Assembly (NCBI GenBank): GCA_963767945.1
Contig: CAVYGH010000013.1
Coordinates: forward strand, 162,576-226,575
Source of the DNA: an uncultured Chloroflexia bacterium
GTDB taxonomy: Bacteria; Chloroflexota; Limnocylindria; Limnocylindrales; CSP1-4
Length of the DNA stretch: 64,000 bases
Direction of reading: 5' to 3'
Both the position numbers and the translations under genes were made by a program. The notes below the pieces were generated by a model that was not told where the DNA came from, did not search any database, and saw nothing but the letters and a program-made list of their open reading frames with translations. Below are positions 60,084 through 64,000 of this stretch, piece by piece (the stretch's first letter is position 1; every line of letters begins with the position of its first letter).

Positions 60084-61490
60084 ATGACGAGCCCCGCCGC
60101 GTCCGACCATGCCGCCGTCTCGTACTGGCTCGAGGCCTCGGGCGACGACCTGACCCCACGCCCCGGCCTCGACGGGTCGATCGACGTCGACGTCGCCATC
60201 CTCGGCGCCGGGCTCACCGGCCTGTGGACCGCGTTCTACCTCCACCGACGCGACCCGTCCCTGCGGATCACGATCGTCGAGCGCGAGATCGCCGGGTTCG
60301 GGGCGTCGGGTCGCAACGGCGCCTGGTGCGCGCCGGACCTCAACATCTCGATGAGCCGGCTGGCGAAGCTCCACGGCGAGGACGCCGCCCGGCGGACGCA
60401 GCAGGCGACCTACGACGCCGTGGACGAGGTCGGGCGGGTGACCGCCGAGGCCGGGATCGACGCCGGCTTCCACCGGGGCGGCGAGATCATCGTCGCGCGC
60501 GGTCCCCAGGGCGTCCCGTCGCTCGAGGCCTCCCTGGAGGAGTACCGGCGGTTCGGCTTCGCCGACCGCTACCGCCTCGTCGACGCCGCGGAGCTCGACG
60601 AGCGGGTGCGGATCGCCGGCGCGGTCCGGGCGCTCGTGTCCGATGACGCCGCCGTCGTCCACCCTGGCCGGCTCGTCCGGGGGCTCGCGCGGGCGGTCGA
60701 GCGAGATGGGACGACGATCCTGGAGGGGACGCCCGTCACCGGGTTCCGTGGACGGGGCGAGGACGGGTCTGCCGCCCTCGTCACCGCGCGGGGCGACGTC
60801 CGCGCGCCGGTCGTGGTGCTCGCGGGCGAGGCCTACCTGACGGAGCTGCCCGGGCTCCACCGACAGCTGGTCCCGCTGTGGTCGCTGATCGTGCTCACCG
60901 AGCCCGTCTCGGACGCCCAGTGGGCCGAGATCGGCTGGCGGAACCGCGAGCTCCTCGCGTCGACCCGGCTGTCGATCGACTACCTCTCACGCACCGAGGA
61001 TGGTCGGATCCTGTTCGGCGGTCGCGGCGCGCCCTATCGATTCGGCTCGCCGATCCGCCGGGCGTACGACCGTCACGACCCGACGCACGCCCGCCTCCGC
61101 GCCTTCGTGCGCGAGTGGTTCCCGTCGCTCGCCGGGGTCGGGTTCAGCCACGCGTGGGGCGGCCCGCTGGGGATGCCTCGCGACTGGCACCCCACGATCG
61201 CGTTCGACCCGGCGACGGGGATCGCGACCGCGCGCGGCTACGTGGGCCACGGGGTGTCGACGACGAACCTCGCCGGCCGGACGCTGGCCGACCTGATCAC
61301 CGGGGAGCGGAGCCCGCTCATGGACCTGCCGCTGGTCAACCACCGGTCGCCCAACTGGGAGATCGAGCCCTTCCGCTGGATCGGGGTGCGCTACGCGCAG
61401 TGGGCGCTGGGGCGCCTCGACGAGCGAACCGCACGCACGGGCAAGCCGCCCTCGGGTCGGAGCCTGGCGGAGTGGGTCGCGCGTCACTGA
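60084..61490 (+). CDS. FAD-dependent oxidoreductase (DAO/glycine-oxidase superfamily)
   Basis: N-terminal dinucleotide-binding VAILGAGLTGLWTAFYL…ERE. Intact 468 aa. Confidence 0.7.
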   Translation: MTSPAASDHAAVSYWLEASGDDLTPRPGLDGSIDVDVAILGAGLTGLWTAFYLHRRDPSLRITIVEREIAGFGASGRNGAWCAPDLNISMSRLAKLHGEDAARRTQQATYDAVDEVGRVTAEAGIDAGFHRGGEIIVARGPQGVPSLEASLEEYRRFGFADRYRLVDAAELDERVRIAGAVRALVSDDAAVVHPGRLVRGLARAVERDGTTILEGTPVTGFRGRGEDGSAALVTARGDVRAPVVVLAGEAYLTELPGLHRQLVPLWSLIVLTEPVSDAQWAEIGWRNRELLASTRLSIDYLSRTEDGRILFGGRGAPYRFGSPIRRAYDRHDPTHARLRAFVREWFPSLAGVGFSHAWGGPLGMPRDWHPTIAFDPATGIATARGYVGHGVSTTNLAGRTLADLITGERSPLMDLPLVNHRSPNWEIEPFRWIGVRYAQWALGRLDERTARTGKPPSGRSLAEWVARH

Positions 61491-61523
61491 GCCCGGCGAC
61501 GAGCCGCGGACGCGCAGCCTGGG

Positions 61524-62114
61524 CTAGGCGCGCGACTCCGCGAGCAGGCGCTTCTCGGCGCGCCGGACGAGCGCGTCGGCGGACTCGCCGGATCGCGGGC
61601 TGGCCCAGCCGAAGTTGAACACCAGGCCGTCGCCGGCGCGAGGCATCGTGCGCGGGCCGGCCTCCCGGACCCGCTCGACGAAGTTGATCGCCGCGATCTC
61701 GTCGGTCTCGGTGAGCACGACGCCGAACCGGGCGAGCCCGATGCGGGTGCAGTAGTCGGAGGTGCGGGACGTGCGGCGCAGGCACTGCGCGGCCTCGCGG
61801 ATCGCGTGGCGGCCGACGTTCCAGCCCCAGGTGTCGGCCATCGTCTCGACGCCCTCGACCTCGGCGATCACTACCGTGAGGGATCGCTTGTAGCGGACGG
61901 CGCGGGCGACCTCGGCGACGAGGACCCGCTGCCAGAAGTCGGGTCCCTCGAGACCGGTCAGGGAGTCTTCCCAACCGGTCGGTTCGGGAATCGTGGTCGT
62001 GCTCACGGGGCCCGCGGTCTCCTTGCAACGCGTCGATGGCCTGCGGTCAGGTCCTCCGAAATGCTCGGGGGTGGTGCGTGGACGCGCCACCCGCAGGTGG
62101 TACCGGTCCGGCAT
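61524..62114 (-). CDS. Degenerate GGDEF-domain protein, likely catalytically inactive. N-terminus uncertain.
   Basis: …WEDSLTGLEGPDFWQRVL…SLTVVIAEVEG…GWNVGRHAIREAAQCLRRTSRTSDYCTRIGLARFGVVL… The GG[DE]EF position reads GLARF. Confidence 0.45.
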   Translation of the reverse strand: MPDRYHLRVARPRTTPEHFGGPDRRPSTRCKETAGPVSTTTIPEPTGWEDSLTGLEGPDFWQRVLVAEVARAVRYKRSLTVVIAEVEGVETMADTWGWNVGRHAIREAAQCLRRTSRTSDYCTRIGLARFGVVLTETDEIAAINFVERVREAGPRTMPRAGDGLVFNFGWASPRSGESADALVRRAEKRLLAESRA

Positions 62115-63328
62115 CAGTCAGAGGTCCCGGTCGTGCCCGAATCGGCCGCCGGAACGGGCGCCACGGCGGCCCCGGTCGCGAGCCGGCGGTCGCGGATCCC
62201 GCGATAGCGGGCATACGCGTTCGGCTCGCGGTCCGCCAGGAACTCGGCCAGCCGCGCCGCCTCGGCCTCGAGCGCGGCGCGGTCCGCGCGGCGCAGCGGG
62301 CGGAACGGCTCGAGCTCGATCTCCGCGCGTGCGCTGTCGCGGCGCGTCCACCACAGGCCGGCGACGCGGCCGTCGACGAGGAACGTGGGGTACGTGTCGC
62401 CGTTGGCCGCGACCACCCGGGCCCGGTCTTCGTCGTCGATCACGCGGGTGCGGTCCGCATGGCCGAGGACGAGCCCGTCCCACATCGGGAGCAGCCTCGG
62501 CGGCGCCTCGACCTCGGCGCCCGGCCGCGGGGCGTCGACGAGGTCCAGCAGGGCCCGGCCGCGCTCGTCCCGGCCGCGCCACAGCTCGCCCGCCCGGTCG
62601 AGCGACCTCGATCGCCGGCCGCAGCCGGGTCGCCGAGACGCCCGACCACGACGTCGCGTCGCCGACGGTCGCCGGGCCGAGGGCGCCGAGGTAGCGGCGC
62701 AGGAGCAGCGCGAGCCCGTCGGCCTCCGCCCCGAACCGGCGTCCGATCCAGGCCTCCGGCGCGACCATCAGCGGGCGACGCCCGAACGACCACGGCCCGC
62801 CCGTCGGCGCCTGGAGGAGGGGTGTCGTGCGGCGGACCCACCACCACAGCGCCTCGCGCGCCTCGGGGTCGGAGACGTCCTCGAGCTCGGCAATCCGGTC
62901 GCGGAGCTCGACGTTGGGGCGGGGCGTCGCCGCCAGCGCCTCGATCTCGGACCGCAGGCGAGCGAGGCGCCCGGCATCCGGCCGAAGGCCCCGCATGAGC
63001 CGCGAGCTCGCCGAGAACACCGGATCGACGGCCGGCCGAAGGCGCAGGTAGTCGTCCGCGGGCACGGCGTGGAGGGTCGCCCGCATGAGCCCGGCCTTGA
63101 CCAGCGACCGGTCGGCGAAGGCACCCGTCATCTCGTCGGCGTCGAAGCCCTCGATCCGGCTCCACAGGGCGAGGTACGGCGACGCGGGCTCCTGCGCCTG
63201 GAGCCCGCCGACCGCGGCCGCCGCCTCGACGGGGCGCAGCCGCTCCCGGCGGAGCAGCCGCTGACGGGCGAGCGTCGCGCGGTTGAGCTCGTCGCGGGTG
63301 AGGACGGGCAGGGGCGGTTGGTCGGACA
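62114..63328 (-). CDS. Winged-helix DNA-binding domain protein of the YcaQ/DUF1006 family, with one frameshift near 62500
   Basis: …LTRDELNRATLARQRLL…SPYLALWSRIEGFDADEMTGAFADRSLVKAGLMRATLH… plus C-terminal piece MWDGLVLGHADRTRVIDDEDRARVVAANGDTYPTFLVDGRVAGLWW (ORF 62114..62485). Confidence 0.55.
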
Positions 63329-63337
63329 ACGCCGGTC

Positions 63338-63703
63338 TCAGGCGGTCCGGAGCAGCCAGACGAGGACGATCGCGATCACCCCCACCACGATGAGCGCGGC
63401 GGTCGTCACCAGGATCGACCGGTACGCGGGCGAGAAGGCCATCGCGTCGATCTGCTCGCGTCCCCGGACGTACCGCCAGGCGCCGACCAGCGCGATCGCG
63501 ATCCCGCTCGCGACGAGGACGGTCGCGAGGATCTGGACGATCGGGACGCCGCCATCGGCCTCGAACGTGAGGAACTGGGCGGCCGCGAGGCCCAGGGCGA
63601 TCAGCGTGATCCCGGTCCGGAACCAGGCCAGGTACGTCCGCTCGTTGGCGAGGTGGGTGCGGGCGCGGGACTCCGCGTCCGGCTGCTCGGGGCTGACGAT
63701 CAT
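63338..63703 (-). CDS. DUF202 (YidH-like) small membrane protein
   Basis: LANERTYLAWFRTGITLIALGLA hallmark (ERTxLAWxRT), followed by two more TM helices. Confidence 0.6.
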   Translation of the reverse strand: MIVSPEQPDAESRARTHLANERTYLAWFRTGITLIALGLAAAQFLTFEADGGVPIVQILATVLVASGIAIALVGAWRYVRGREQIDAMAFSPAYRSILVTTAALIVVGVIAIVLVWLLRTA

Positions 63704-63751
63704 CGCGCCACCGAGGGTACGCGGGGCTCATGGCCCGCCGCCATCCGACAT

Positions 63752-63812
63752 GTAGTTGCGGACGCAACGACTCGGGTGTAGCGTTGGAAGTAGTTGCACA
63801 GGCAACGACTCG
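63752..63812. promoter_or_regulatory. Two near-identical 23-nt direct repeats, each containing a 5+5 inverted repeat (GTAGTTGC-GGAC-GCAACGACTCG and GTAGTTGC-ACAG-GCAACGACTCG), 15 nt apart. Putative tandem operator between divergent DUF202 and DoxX genes.
   Basis: Read directly from the sequence (63752-63774 and 63790-63812), in the 183-nt intergenic region upstream of the DoxX start. Confidence 0.45.
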
Positions 63813-63886
63813 CGGACCGCCGACGGGACGGGGCGAGGACATCGGGAGACACCGGGGAGCGCACGTCCCCGGGGGAGGCATCACAT

Positions 63887-64000
63887 GGCAACGGTCGACG
63901 TTGCGCTGTTCATCCTGCGCATCGGCGTGGGGCTGATCTTCGCCGTCCACGGCGCCCAGAAGCTGTTCGGGCTGTGGAACGGCCCGGGGTTCGCCGGCTG
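63887..64000 (+). CDS. DoxX-family membrane protein, N-terminal fragment (runs off window end)
   Basis: MATVDVALFILRIGVGLIFAVHGAQKLFGLWNGPGFAG, preceded by a GGGGGAGG RBS-like purine tract. Confidence 0.55.

Overview
High-GC (about 70%) chromosomal window, probably actinobacterial, coding on both strands. About 50 genes can be supported. I found no rRNA, tRNA, CRISPR array, transposase or integrase.

The most notable locus is a minus-strand operon at about 1-6895. It encodes a secreted vWA-FN3-TM protein, a 1112-aa FtsZ/tubulin-superfamily GTPase with a long uncharacterised C-terminal extension, and a partial membrane protein that runs off the window start. This matches the poorly characterised FtsZ-like/vWA association that, to my recollection, was predicted computationally by Makarova and Koonin (2010, 'FtsZl-1') and has not been studied experimentally.

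Other content:
- A decayed segment at 7.2-12.3 kb with an endonuclease VII remnant, fragmentary ORFs and an orphan AbrB-like gene.
- A large repertoire of secreted adhesin-like proteins: an FG-GAP/FN3 protein, three RTX beta-roll proteins, and a roughly 1200-aa protein with 11 or more tandem VCBS/cadherin-like repeats of about 95 aa.
- A MarR plus heterodimeric ABC exporter operon and an ABC-2 transporter.
- An ECF sigma / zinc-ribbon anti-sigma pair.
- A frameshifted UbiB kinase gene.
- A MoxR-DUF58-DUF4129 operon.
- ldh and a glutaredoxin-like gene.
- A roughly 13-kb glycan-modification locus: nucleotide-sugar dehydrogenase, wecB, an OatA-like acyltransferase-SGNH, a sulfotransferase, two paralogous GT4 genes, a GT2, a methyltransferase and an FAD oxidase.
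- A terminal YcaQ/DUF202/DoxX region with tandem palindromic operator-like sites.

A major caveat is that at least 17 otherwise convincing genes, including an aspartate aminotransferase, ubiB and moxR, carry one to several +/-1 frameshifts. The density is very uneven: none in the 3.3-kb tubulin-like gene or the 4.2-kb ABC pair, but one per 100-300 nt in 8.5-12.3 kb. This points to assembly indel errors or strain mixing (for example a long-read or metagenome-derived contig), possibly on top of some real pseudogenisation. The many long GC-rich ORFs antisense to real genes are spurious.
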